Shown one piece after another: positions 1-12,324 of a stretch of 64,000 nucleotides of DNA (positions within the stretch are counted from its first letter, which is position 1; every line of letters starts with the position of its first letter). The stretch is from Eledone cirrhosa (taxonomy: Eukaryota), in contig OZ024747.1 of NCBI GenBank assembly GCA_964016885.1, positions 8,246,001-8,310,000 on the forward strand, read 5' to 3'. The notes beneath the pieces were generated by a model. The model was given only the letters and a program-made list of their open reading frames with translations, made no database searches and was not told where the DNA came from. The position numbers and the translations under genes were made by a program.

Positions 1-24
1 ATATCATCATATAATAATAATATA

Positions 25-62
25 GCTAGATAGATAGCTAGATAGCTAGATAGATAGCTAGC

Positions 63-105
<43 letters not shown>

Positions 106-113
106 CTAGATAA
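25..113. repeat. (GATA)n/(TAGC) microsatellite
   Basis: Direct tetranucleotide repeat. Confidence 0.95.
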
Positions 114-507
114 GTAGACAGATGTGTTCTCTTCCAATACAATATATATATAACAATACTAAGATGTCTAGTCATGCCAGTTGCATTATATTGATGCATA
201 TTTGCATGCCAATTAATCAAATGTTGTGCGAGGCAGAGAATCTTGCAAAAGGAACATCTGAATATACTCTTCTCCTCTACAATAATATAATTGGCCATAC
301 TACCTAGACATTTTCTTTTCTACATATTTATTGCTTCTTTTCCTTTTCTTTTAGTTTTGTTTGTTTGTTATTTTAGCAGGAAAGGACAGTTTTGTTCTAT
401 GTCCATGTATTGTGGACCAGTGGAAAATTTTTGTTGCATGAAATGAAGTTGTTTCTCTATTAATCACAACATGACTAAATCTAGGTTATTTATGAGTTTT
501 TAGGGAC

Positions 508-1186
<679 letters not shown>

Positions 1187-1511
1187 GCATGTATATTGCA
1201 ACTTTCTGTACTTTCCTCTGTTATAGCTACAATGTCATGTTACCTGGTATAAAATATTGCATAGACAAAAGTCTTTTGTTCTGTTTTTTTTTGTTTCTCA
1301 TATATATATATTTTTCTTCTAATCAATCATGAAAGCTGCCTGATTACACTGCGAAGAAAGCTTTATACACTTTATAGTATGAGTCAAAAAGCATACAATG
1401 TTGGCAGTGTGATCCGTACATGTTTTATTATCTTAGAAAAACACTTCGGACACAGCCTTGGTTCATTATATATTATATATACAGAAGTAACATGGTGTTG
1501 CTCAAATTCTT

Positions 1512-2156
1512 AAACCCTTTGTTTACCATATTTCTAACAAAAGACACAGCCTTGTCATTAACCCCTTCATTACCATATTTCTAATGAAAGACACTGTCTA
1601 TGTTATTAGCCCTTTCATTACCATATTTCTAATGAAAGGCACTGTCTATGTTATTAGCCCTTTCATTACCATATTTCTTATAAAAGACACTGTCATCATC
1701 ATCATCATTTCATTTTACGTCCGCTTTTTCCCTGCTTGTAAGGGTGGGACGGGAACTGATTCTGGCTTGATTTCTACAGCTGGATGCCCTTCCTAACACC
1801 AACCTCATTTACAGTGAGTGCTGGGTGCTTTTTTGCCGTGGCACCTCCACGATCACTTTGCAGTGGAATGATATGGACCCCAGTCACTATCATCTCATTT
1901 CTACAGCTGAGTAAACTGGAGCAATGTGAAATAAAGTGTCTTGCTCAAGGAAACAACACATCACCTGGTTTGAGAATTGAACTCACAACCTTTCGATTGC
2001 AAGGCCAATGCTCTAACCACTAAGCCATTGTCATTAACTCTTTTGTTGACATATTTCTAATGAAAGACACTGTCTATGTCATTAACCCTTTCATTACCAT
2101 ATTTCTAATGAAAGACACTGTCTATGTCATTAACCCTTTCATTACCATATTTCTAA
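1512..2156. repeat. ~48-bp minisatellite interrupted by a SINE
   Basis: Unit aaccctttcattaccatatttctaatgaaagacactgtctatgtcatt, ~4 copies left and ~3 right of the SINE. Confidence 0.9.
1694..2027 (-). mobile_element. Full-length tRNA-derived CORE-type SINE with RTE-derived tail
   Basis: Minus strand: A box tggcttagtgg, B box gagttcaattc, CORE-like ccttgagcaagacactt...ctcagctgtagaaatg, tail shared with RTE 3' ends, (GAT)n end, short tgtcat duplication. Confidence 0.9.
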
Positions 2157-2199
2157 GCAACTTATGAAATCTAGCCTCTCTGTTGTATTATTGACATAT

Positions 2200-2231
<32 letters not shown>

Positions 2232-2247
2232 ATACATATTATATATA

Positions 2248-2500
2248 TCATCATCATTCATCATCATTTCATTTTACGTTCGCTTTTCTCTGCTTGCAAG
2301 GGTGGGACAGGAACTGATGCTGGCTTGATTTCTACAGCTGGATGCCCTTCCTAACACCAACCTCATTTACAGTGAGTGCAGGGGTCCATATCATTCCACT
2401 TTGCAGTGGAATGATATGGACCCCTGTCCCTATCATCTCATTTCTACAGCTGAGTAAACTGGAGCAATGTGAAATAAAGTGTCTTGCTCAAGGAAACAAC
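2248..2500 (-). mobile_element. Partial CORE-type SINE, internally deleted
   Basis: Near-identical to 1694-2027 but lacking the head. Confidence 0.85.
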
Positions 2501-2677
2501 ACAATAGCTATCATAAGTATCTCTGTATAGGTTACATCATGATACCATGATCCATGACCCACTGTCTTCAGATGGCTCATGAGGTACTCCAGATGTACAT
2601 ATGTAATCCAGATGTAAGGAACCGTAACAGACCCGTATTTGATGCTGTTATGGCAAAGTCTTGTCGCCATATATATA

Positions 2678-2755
2678 CAGGATGTCCTCAAAAATGTATA
2701 CACACTTCAACAGTATTCTAATAAAAGTGTGTATATATTTTGGGGGGACACCCTG
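2678..2755. mobile_element. Tc1/mariner-type MITE
   Basis: Imperfect ~30-bp terminal inverted repeats cagg(a/g)tgtcc...aaaat(g/a)tatacacactt, flanked by TA on both sides. Confidence 0.7.
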
Positions 2756-2987
2756 TATTTATATCTTGTATACATATATATTCTTTCTCAACCTCTCGCT
2801 CTTTCTCTCTATATATAAATAAATAAATATATATATATATATACATATATACATATCATATGTATGTGTATGTATGTATCTGTATATATATATATGTATG
2901 TGTATGTATATGTATATATATGTATGTGTATGTATGTATATATATATATGTATGTGTATGTATATGTATATATATGTATGTGTATGT

Positions 2988-3021
<34 letters not shown>

Positions 3022-3124
3022 ATGTATATATATATATATATACATATGTATGTGTATGTATATATATATGTGTGTGTGTGTGTATGTATATATATATATA
3101 CATATATACATATGCATGTGTATG

Positions 3125-3187
<63 letters not shown>

Positions 3188-3247
3188 GTATATGTATATA
3201 TATATATGTATATATATATACATATGCACGTGTATGTACATATATAT

Positions 3248-3474
3248 CATCATCATTATTTTACGTCCGCTTTTCCCTGCTTGCAAGGGTGGGACGGGAA
3301 CTGATTCTGGCTTGATTTCTACAGCTCGATGCCCTTCCTAACACCAACTTCATTTCTACAGCTGAGTAAACTGGAGCAATGTGAAATAAAGTGTCTTGCT
3401 CAAGGAAACAACACATCACCCGGTCTGAGAATTAAACTCACAACCTTTCGATTGCAACGCCAATGCTCTAACCA
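3248..3474 (-). mobile_element. CORE-type SINE with internal deletion
   Basis: Same head and tail as 1694-2027, with the middle deleted at a tcattt microhomology. Confidence 0.85.
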
Positions 3475-3505
3475 CATATATGTATATATATATATATATA
3501 TATAC

Positions 3506-3546
<41 letters not shown>

Positions 3547-3550
<4 letters not shown>

Positions 3551-3790
3551 TCCTTGAGCAAGACACTTTATTTCACATTGCTCCAGTTTACTCAGGGACT
3601 GGGGTCCATATCATTCCACTGCAAGGTGGTCGTGGAGGTGCCACTGCAAAAAAGCACCCAGCACTCTCTGTAAATGAGGTTGGTGTTAGGAAGGGCATCC
3701 AGCTGTAGAAATCAAGCCAGAATCAGTTCCCGTCCCACCCTTGCAAGCAGGGAAAAGCGGACGTAAAATGAAATGATGAAATGATGATGA
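3547..3790 (+). mobile_element. 5'-truncated CORE-type SINE
   Basis: CORE segment plus RTE-like tail ending ggacgtaaaatgaaatgatga. Confidence 0.85.
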
Positions 3791-3882
3791 TATATATATG
3801 TATCTATATATATGTATATATATATATGTATCTATATATATGTATATATATATATGTATATATATATATGTATATATATATG

Positions 3883-4272
<390 letters not shown>

Positions 4273-4400
4273 GCAAAAGTTCTATTTAAAATTGTTGGGA
4301 TACAAGTAAATATTTTTATAACTGATATAAAGCACTCGACAAGTTTTTGGAGTAGATATACGATGTTAATAAATGGAAACTATATTTATAAAACCATATT

Positions 4401-4465
4401 TATTTCATTATACATATTTCAGGGATACCACATTAAATTATGGTATGCCTTCATCAGACAAAATA
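4401..4465 (-). ncRNA. Type I hammerhead ribozyme
   Basis: Minus: UAUUUUGU CUGAUGA AGGCAUACCA-loop-UGGUAUCCCU GAAA UAUGUA UA^ AUGAAAUA. All core nucleotides are present and stems I-III pair. Confidence 0.8.
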
Positions 4466-4614
4466 CAATATATAACAGTTTTACAAATAGCTTTGACGTA
4501 CCCTTTTAAAATGCAACCATTACTTTTGGAGGCTGTCTGTATATATATATATATATATACATATATATGTATATATATATATACATATATAGATATATAG
4601 ATATATATATATAT

Positions 4615-4655
<41 letters not shown>

Positions 4656-4656
4656 T

Positions 4657-4695
<39 letters not shown>

Positions 4696-4698
4696 TAG

Positions 4699-4764
<66 letters not shown>

Positions 4765-5243
4765 GTATATATATATACATACATATATACATATGTATAT
4801 ATACATATATATATATATGTATATATATATACATACATATATACATATATACATACATATACATACATATATACATATATATATATATGTCATCATCATC
4901 ATCACCGTTTTACGTCCGTTCTTCCACGCTAGCATGGGTTAGACGGGTTGTCCTGTTGTGGGCAGTGTCTGGTCGGCTGACCATGCCTTGCTCATACAGG
5001 AACTGATCTGGCTTGATTTCTACAGCTGGATGCCCTTCCTAACACCAACCTCATTTACAGTGAGTGCTGGGTGCTTTTTCGTGGCGCCTACACGTCCACT
5101 TTACAGTGTGGGCTGGGTGCTTTTTTGCCGTGGCACCTCCACGACCACCTTGCGGTGTGGGGGGGGGGGGGCATATTGTTTATATGCTTCAGCATGTACC
5201 CATGGGAGGTCGGGTACCCTGTATTACTGCGTGACGCCAGAAG

Positions 5244-8200
5244 TCACGGTCGTGTGTCATTGATTGAGAGGTGTAGTTGGGTAAGGTCGGCTTTTATCAC
5301 CTCATCCCAAGTCATCTTGGGTCTCCCCACTCCGCGGTTTCCATCAACTTCTAGTGCTCTGCACCTTTTTATGCAGCTGTCATCCTTCATACGCATCACA
5401 TGTCCATACCAGCGTAACCGCCTCTCCTGCACGCAGCATTTGATTCCTCTTATGCTCAGTCTCTCTCTCAATTCATTTATGCTTTGTCGTTCACGTATAT
5501 TACTGTTACACATCCATCGGAGCATGCAGGCTTCGTTTCTCTCTAATCTACGTAAGTCTTCCACCTTCAGCGCCCAGGTCTCACTACCATGCAACATCGC
5601 TGTTCGGATACACGCATCATACAGTCTGCCTTTCATTCTGAGGGAGAAGCCTTTTGCAGCTAGCAGTGGTAGTAGTTCCCTAAACTTCTTCCATCCCGTT
5701 CTTACCCTAGTTATTGTACTTTCTGAGCACCCACCTCCGTTGCTAATTCGGTCACCTAGGTAGCAGAAGCTGTCTACTGTTTCTACAGGGCCCTCCCAGA
5801 GATTGGTGGTACTTGTTTCCTGTGGCTGTTTGCTTGCTGTTTCAGCACAGCTGCTGCATGTGAATCCTACATTCTTAATTAAGCTTCCTGAGATCCCGCT
5901 ACATCTCTTGTGTACCCATTGTTTGCATTTGGGGCAAAGAATGGAGTTCCTACCTACACCTTTCCTACATACTGAGCAAGGCCATTTCCCTGAGGGGATC
6001 TGGGTTCTGTTTTCTCGTCTACTTATAAGGACCTTAGTCTTTGTCATGTTGACTTTGAGGCCCTTTCTCTCTAGTCCCTGCTTCCAGGTTTGGAATTTAT
6101 TCTCTAGTTCTACCATAGATTCAGCTATGAGTGCGAGGTCATCAGCATACAGGAGTTCCCATGGGCATCCGGTCTTAAACTCCTCCGTTATTGCCTGCAG
6201 GACTATGATGAACAGGAGAGGGCTAAGAACAGAGCCCTGGTGGACCCCAACCTGTACGCTAAATTCCTCGCTATACTCATTGCCAATCCTAACTTTGCTG
6301 ACTGCTCCCCTATACATGGCTTGTACCGCTTTCACAAGCCATTCATCTACTCCTAGTTTTCTAAGAGCCCACCAGATTACTGCACGTGGAACTCTGTCAA
6401 AGGCTTTCTCAAGGTCGACAAATGCCAAGTAGAGTGGCTTACTTTTAGCTAGGTACTTTTCCTGTAATTGCCTCACAAGGAAGAGCGCATCAGTGGTGCC
6501 TTTCCCTGGAACAAACCCAAATTGCATCTCGTCTATATTCACCCGGTCCCTAATCAGCTGTGCTATAACTCTTTCTGTTACTTTCATGACCTGGTCCATC
6601 AACTTTATACCTCTATAGTTTCCTCTATCTAGTGCATCGCCTTTACCTTTGTAGCAGTTGACAATGATGCTACTGCACCAATCTTTTGGTATGGCCCCCT
6701 CTAGTATTACCTGGTTAACGATACGTGTGGTTATAGTGTGACCTACAGACCCAGATGCCTTCAGCATCTCGGCAGCTATACCCGATGGACCGGTTGCCTT
6801 CCCTATCTTCATATCTCTGATTGCCTTACTTACTACGCTGCCGCTGACTTGTACTGCTGGTCCCTCTATAGGGTCTACGTGGGGTAGGGTCTCTTCTTCC
6901 CATGCATTCTCCTCATTTAGTAATCTATCATAATGACTCTTCCATGCATCTTTCTTCTCAGCACTTGTGAGGGCAAGCTCACCTTTATCATTCCGGATAC
7001 ACTTCTCTCCAATGACATCACAACTATCTCTGACACACTGCCTCGCAATCTTGAATACCTCCTGTTTCTGGTCCTCACGTTGTAAAACATGCTTGAATTT
7101 TCTATCCTCTGCTTCCCTCCTAGCTAAGTATACTTGTCGCCTAGCTTCCCTCTTGGTCTCTATGTAATGTACCCTGCTCCCCCCGTTCTTCCATTCTTTC
7201 CATGCCTGTCTCTTGGCCTTGACTGCTTCATCTACCTTATTGTTCCACCACCAAGTCACTCTCCTCCTGCTTGAGGTCTTACTCCAGCCACAAACCTCAT
7301 CCGTCGCCTCTAGTAAGTTATTTTTTAGGAACTCCCAGTTCTCTTCTACGTTAAATGTCTCTATCTGTTCTTCTTTACTGTCGTAGGCGTTGAGTAAAAT
7401 ATCTTTAAATCTGTTACTGGTTGAGGGGACTTTCAGCTTCCAGATCTTTCTTCTCCAGGTTGGCCTCTGTTTCAGGGCTCGTCTAGTTCTGACCGTGAGG
7501 TCGCTGACAACTAAGCTATGTTGGGATGTACATTCCTCACTAGGGAAGGCTTTTGTGTTTACGACCGTCCATCTGTCACGTCCTCTGATGAGGATAAAAT
7601 CTAACTGACTAGAGTGCTCCCCTGATCTATAGGTGATCAGGTGGTTGTCGGGTTTTTTAAAGTTTGTGTTACATATCGACATGTCATTGGCGTCGCAGAA
7701 TTCTAGAAGTCTGAATCCTTCCTCATTCCTTGTGCCAACTCCATGGCCTCCATGTACTCTATTGAAGCCGTCGCAGTGTTTACCTACGTGTCCGTTAAAA
7801 TCTCCTGCAATGATTAGGAAGTCCTTGTCGTCTGTTAGAGCAGTAGTGTGTATTAGGGACTCGTAAAACCTATCCTTAAGTTCGTCTGGCAGCCCCGATT
7901 GGGGTGCGTAAGCTGATATTATTGTGGTAATTGTCTTATTCAGGACTAGTCTGAGTTTAATGATTCTTGCATTTACCCTGTACACTGAGATTACTTTATC
8001 TACCCACTTGTCAGCTAATAGTATACCTACACCACCCATCCCATCGTCATTTCCCACCCAGAAAAATTTGTAGCACTGGCTTTTTCCTACAAGGACTCTA
8101 GCAGACCCTCCTCTCCATCTAGTCTCTTGCACACAGCATACATCAACTTCCTTTCGCTCTAGCATTTCTACGATTTCTCCTGCTCTTCCTTTCATTGAGC

Positions 8201-8306
8201 CTACATTGATTGTACCAACTCGGAGTTTTGGGCATTTGTCGACACTCGTAGGGGAGGGTCTCTGGGTTGGCGCTTCACGTGGGTGCTTGGTAGCTCGCAG
8301 ATTCAT
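5244..8306 (-). CDS. RTE ORF: AP endonuclease + reverse transcriptase + PHD-like Cys/His finger
   Basis: Motifs GTINVGS, CVQETRW, GDFNGHVG, SQH, QFGF, FVDLEKAFD, GVHQGSVLSP, YADD, CSVC...CPKCKQWVHKRC...[16 protein letters not shown] probable frameshift near 5262 removes the DRDxWR end. Confidence 0.95.
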   Translation of the reverse strand: MNLRATKHPREAPTQRPSPTSVDKCPKLRVGTINVGSMKGRAGEIVEMLERKEVDVCCVQETRWRGGSARVLVGKSQCYKFFWVGNDDGMGGVGILLADKWVDKVISVYRVNARIIKLRLVLNKTITTIISAYAPQSGLPDELKDRFYESLIHTTALTDDKDFLIIAGDFNGHVGKHCDGFNRVHGGHGVGTRNEEGFRLLEFCDANDMSICNTNFKKPDNHLITYRSGEHSSQLDFILIRGRDRWTVVNTKAFPSEECTSQHSLVVSDLTVRTRRALKQRPTWRRKIWKLKVPSTSNRFKDILLNAYDSKEEQIETFNVEENWEFLKNNLLEATDEVCGWSKTSSRRRVTWWWNNKVDEAVKAKRQAWKEWKNGGSRVHYIETKREARRQVYLARREAEDRKFKHVLQREDQKQEVFKIARQCVRDSCDVIGEKCIRNDKGELALTSAEKKDAWKSHYDRLLNEENAWEEETLPHVDPIEGPAVQVSGSVVSKAIRDMKIGKATGPSGIAAEMLKASGSVGHTITTRIVNQVILEGAIPKDWCSSIIVNCYKGKGDALDRGNYRGIKLMDQVMKVTERVIAQLIRDRVNIDEMQFGFVPGKGTTDALFLVRQLQEKYLAKSKPLYLAFVDLEKAFDRVPRAVIWWALRKLGVDEWLVKAVQAMYRGAVSKVRIGNEYSEEFSVQVGVHQGSVLSPLLFIIVLQAITEEFKTGCPWELLYADDLALIAESMVELENKFQTWKQGLERKGLKVNMTKTKVLISRRENRTQIPSGKWPCSVCRKGVGRNSILCPKCKQWVHKRCSGISGSLIKNVGFTCSSCAETASKQPQETSTTNLWEGPVETVDSFCYLGDRISNGGGCSESTITRVRTGWKKFRELLPLLAAKGFSLRMKGRLYDACIRTAMLHGSETWALKVEDLRRLERNEACMLRWMCNSNIRERQSINELRERLSIRGIKCCVQERRLRWYGHVMRMKDDSCIKRCRALEVDGNRGVGRPKMTWDEVIKADLTQLHLSINDTRP

Positions 8307-8621
8307 ATTTCATCTATTGATTCAGAGTTGCTCGTGTATTCCCAGCTCATCCATCCCTAACGGTGGGAAAATTGAGGGCTAGAAGGACAGTGGTGGTGGG
8401 GTAATGGCAGGGTGTGTTGGGATGCGCCAGAGGAGGAGAGAGTTAGTTAGGCAGGTAGTAGCAGCAGCAGCAGTGGAAATGGCATGCTAGGTTTGATTGG
8501 TCGAATAGACTATGGTGGTGTGTGGGGGTGGGGGGGAGGGAAATTGTGAGGTAGGAACTGAGGGTCGCATGGTAAATATCCAAGTTAATACTACATCAGT
8601 AAAATTAACAATAATAACGTC

Positions 8622-9014
8622 ATGAAAAAAGCTACTAAGAGAAACCCTCGAAAATTTATCGCTAATACAGCAGGGAAAATTTAACGCTAATACAGCAGGG
8701 AACATCATAATATTAACGACATGAAAAAGCTACTAAGAGAAACCCTCGAAAATTTATCGCTAATACAGCAGGGAAAATTTAACGCTAATACAGCAGGGAA
8801 CATCATAATATTAACGACATGAAAAAGCTACTAAGAGAAACCCTCGAAAATTTATCGCTAATACAGCAGGGAAAATTTAACGCTAATACAGCAGGGAACA
8901 TCATAATATTAACGACATGAAAAAGCTACTAAGAGAAACCCTCGAAAATTTATCGCTAATACAGCAGGGAAAATTTAACGCTAATACAGCAGGGAACATC
9001 ATAATATTAACGAC
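8622..9014 (-). repeat. Four 98-bp tandem monomers at the LINE 5' end
   Basis: Units start at 8622, 8721, 8819 and 8917, essentially identical. Confidence 0.95.
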
Positions 9015-9025
9015 AATATGTAGGC

Positions 9026-9071
<46 letters not shown>

Positions 9072-9124
9072 CATATATATACATATATATATATACATAT
9101 ATATATATACATATATATATATAC

Positions 9125-9157
<33 letters not shown>

Positions 9158-9162
9158 ATTAC

Positions 9163-9196
<34 letters not shown>

Positions 9197-9456
9197 TCAG
9201 TCTCTTCAGAAATGCTCCCACAGCAAATGAAAACATATTCTGTGCTGTCGTGAATCAATCAATACTAATCTTTGACTAACCTGCCAATTGTTATCTATAT
9301 TTTACTCTGTCCTTCTCATACAACAATGTCTTTCAAACAGATTCAATTAACGGACTTATTGACCATGTATAGATGTGTGTGTGTGCATGTGTGCATGCAT
9401 ATATAAATAAGTGTGTATATATAAATAAGTATATATATATATATATATATATATAT

Positions 9457-9656
9457 AACGAAGGAAATGTGGTAAGGAACCAGGTGGACCATAACGCACC
9501 AAAGTACTCAATACTTGGGGTAGTAGAGTGGGTTGGTTCCTTACCACATTTCCTTCGTTATCTAGCTCCTACTCCCGTAGTAGAGCACTTTCCGACCCTA
9601 CCACGCCGTATCCAGACTTTTCCGCTAAGCTCAATTCATTTCACCCGCACCATGCG

Positions 9657-9695
<39 letters not shown>

Positions 9696-9893
9696 AACAG
9701 CAGAGCTCAAGCCGTTTCGACGGCAGAGCTCAAGCCGTTTTGACAGCTAATTCTGGTCCAGAATTAGCCGTCGAAATGGCTTGAGCTCTGCCATCGTGGT
9801 GTCATACTTGTTCCTATTACCCACTCTACTAACCTAAGTATTGAGTACTTTGGTACGTTCTGGTCCATCTGGTTCCTTACCACATTTTCTTCG

Positions 9894-9896
<3 letters not shown>
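9457..9896. mobile_element. Two P1 fold-back element copies
   Basis: Same sequence as 3957-4132. The first copy continues into extra internal sequence (9561-9660). Confidence 0.65.
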
Positions 9897-9938
<42 letters not shown>

Positions 9939-10050
9939 GGAGGTGAGTTTTATTGTAGTACAATAAAGCAATGCAGATATCGGATAAGAAGCACTCTACA
10001 GTTTGTAGGACTGGAGTATACATAATATATAAGATCATATCATGTCCTCC

Positions 10051-10121
10051 TATTTTATCTGATGAAAACACAAATGTTATTGCATGATGATATTTGTTTT
10101 TGAAATGCGCATAATAAAATA
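10051..10121 (+). ncRNA. Type I hammerhead ribozyme
   Basis: UAUUUUAU CUGAUGA [long stem II] GAAA UGCGCA UA^ AUAAAAUA. Perfect 8-bp stem I and palindromic AUGCGCAU stem III. Confidence 0.85.
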
Positions 10122-10149
10122 CATGGAACTCATTTAACCATCTTTTGAT

Positions 10150-10203
<54 letters not shown>

Positions 10204-10221
10204 CACATATATATATATATG

Positions 10222-10267
<46 letters not shown>

Positions 10268-10321
10268 TGTATATACACATATATATATATATATGTATAT
10301 ACATATATATATATATATATG

Positions 10322-10355
<34 letters not shown>

Positions 10356-10569
10356 CATATATATATATGTATATACATATACATATATATGTATATATAA
10401 TATATATGTATGTATATATATATATATAATATCTCTCTATATATATGTATATATATATAATATATATGTATATGTATATGTATATATATCGACAGTTGAT
10501 CGACTTTCGTCAAATCAGACAATGTTTCCATTGGTCTTTCCAATTGCTAATACTTTCTATCAGTCGCAA

Positions 10570-10693
10570 CTCCAGGTAGAAGGAGCAACATGAAATAAAG
10601 TGTCTTGCCCAAGGACATAACACATTGCCTAGTCTGGGAATCAAACTTACAACCTCACAATTGAGAGTCCAATTCTCTAACTACTCAACCATG
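10570..10693 (-). mobile_element. Diverged CORE-type SINE head
   Basis: tgaaataaagtgtcttgcccaagg plus a tRNA-like region. Confidence 0.7.
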
Positions 10694-10736
10694 CATATAT
10701 ATATATATATATATTATATATATACATGAGCATATA

Positions 10737-10767
<31 letters not shown>

Positions 10768-10769
<2 letters not shown>

Positions 10770-10899
10770 TTATTAAAATAACAGATTAAAGTTTAAGCAA
10801 AGAATCGCTGCTTTCACCCTTAACGGGATCTTCTGAAGATCCCGTTAAGGGTAAAAGCAGCGATTCTTTGCTTAAATTTTAATCTGTTATTTTAATAAA
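10768..10899. mobile_element. Fold-back family P2: ~65-bp inverted arms centred on a hammerhead-like core
   Basis: Centre tcttctgaaga. The arm reads ctgaagatcccgttaagggt(g/a)aaa...aataaa. Copies at 34409 and 56397. Confidence 0.65.
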
Positions 10900-10931
10900 G
10901 TGTGATTTTGTGTGTATATATATACATATGT

Positions 10932-10975
<44 letters not shown>

Positions 10976-11579
10976 CTTACCCATGCTAGCATGGAATCAT
11001 GGGTGTTAAATGGCAATGATGATGATGTATAAATATACATGCATCTGTCTTTATTCCTTTTATTCTACCTACCATACTCTGTTATTCCCGATGAAGGACA
11101 ATTGCCCGACACATTGTCTGTTTAACTCTCTTTCTTTTAAGCATGAATACATATATATAAATATGATAGTCTTTCTCACTGAGATCATCATATGAACATC
11201 CAGTTGTTTCATCAACTATATGGTCAACTCATTAGAGTGCAAAGTGGCTGAGTATTCCATAGATATGAGTTACTCTTGCTGTAATTCTCAAATTGAATCA
11301 CTGCGTACAGTACAGTGCAATAGATGGACTTCCAAACATTTTCTATCAACACAATTTCACTCATAAGGCTTCACTCAGTTTGTTATGTTATGCCAAGGCC
11401 TAGGGCATTTAACTCTTGTTGGAGTCATAGGAGGTACCATAGTGCTATATGGCATGTCTGTGCACTCACAGGACCATCAAAAATATTATATATATATATA
11501 AAAGAGCCGGAGTACTTATTTGAGTGGGGTTTCTTCTCTGAAGACCTTCTGCTGTCCAGCTCACCTGAGAGTTTCTTAC

Positions 11580-11636
<57 letters not shown>

Positions 11637-11699
11637 TAATATATATATATGTACATATATACATACACATATATTCCTTTATTGGTTTCAGTCATTATA

Positions 11700-11746
<47 letters not shown>

Positions 11747-12324
11747 AGTAAGTGACACACATATACTTTCCTTGTCTATGTCCAAAGCTTAACATAAAGA
11801 AAACTTCTAATAAATGTAACAATAAGTCTTTATGTTTTTTCCTCCCCTCTACAATTAACTTCATTCTCTCTAAATACAATGGTTTAATGACATTGTCACT
11901 GTCCCCTATTATATAGTCTTCCCTACTGTATCATGTCCCCTACCATTATACCATAACTCAACATAATAATTTCCATTAAGACCACATCAACAATTCTCCC
12001 TTTCTCAACCAGAACTATTGCTCATTTGCTTCTTCCCTTCATTATTTTTATTGCTTATTTTGTTACTTAGTTGTTTTTTCTTTTCATCTTTTGTTCATTT
12101 TTTATTAATATCATTGTTGTCATTGCTATTATTATTATTATCATTATTCTGATTTTCATTTTCATTCAGTTTTGTTTCCATTCCTGTCCGAGTGTCTTTC
12201 CGACATTATTATTGCTATCTCTTGCCTTTCATCCTTATGGGGTCGATAGAATAAAGTACCAGTAATACACTGGGTAATTGCTGGCCTTGTACCAAAAGTA
12301 GAAACAATTATTATTATTATTATT

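Larger units (their letters stand above)
4890..9025 (-). mobile_element. Near full-length RTE-clade LINE (family A)
   Basis: Single long ORF, 3' UTR ending in (GAT)n, 5' tandem monomers, (TA)n on both flanks. Confidence 0.95.

Noticed and set aside
5071-7866. Plus-strand ORFs over the LINE
   Set aside because: They are antisense shadows of the RTE ORF.
8307-8621. HDV-like ribozyme in the RTE 5' UTR
   Set aside because: Such ribozymes are known for some RTEs, but I could not identify the nested double pseudoknot by eye.
11085-11128. Hammerhead-like ccgatgaagg...cccgacacattgtc
   Set aside because: Both core halves are mutated (CCGAUGA, GACA). At most it is a decayed copy.
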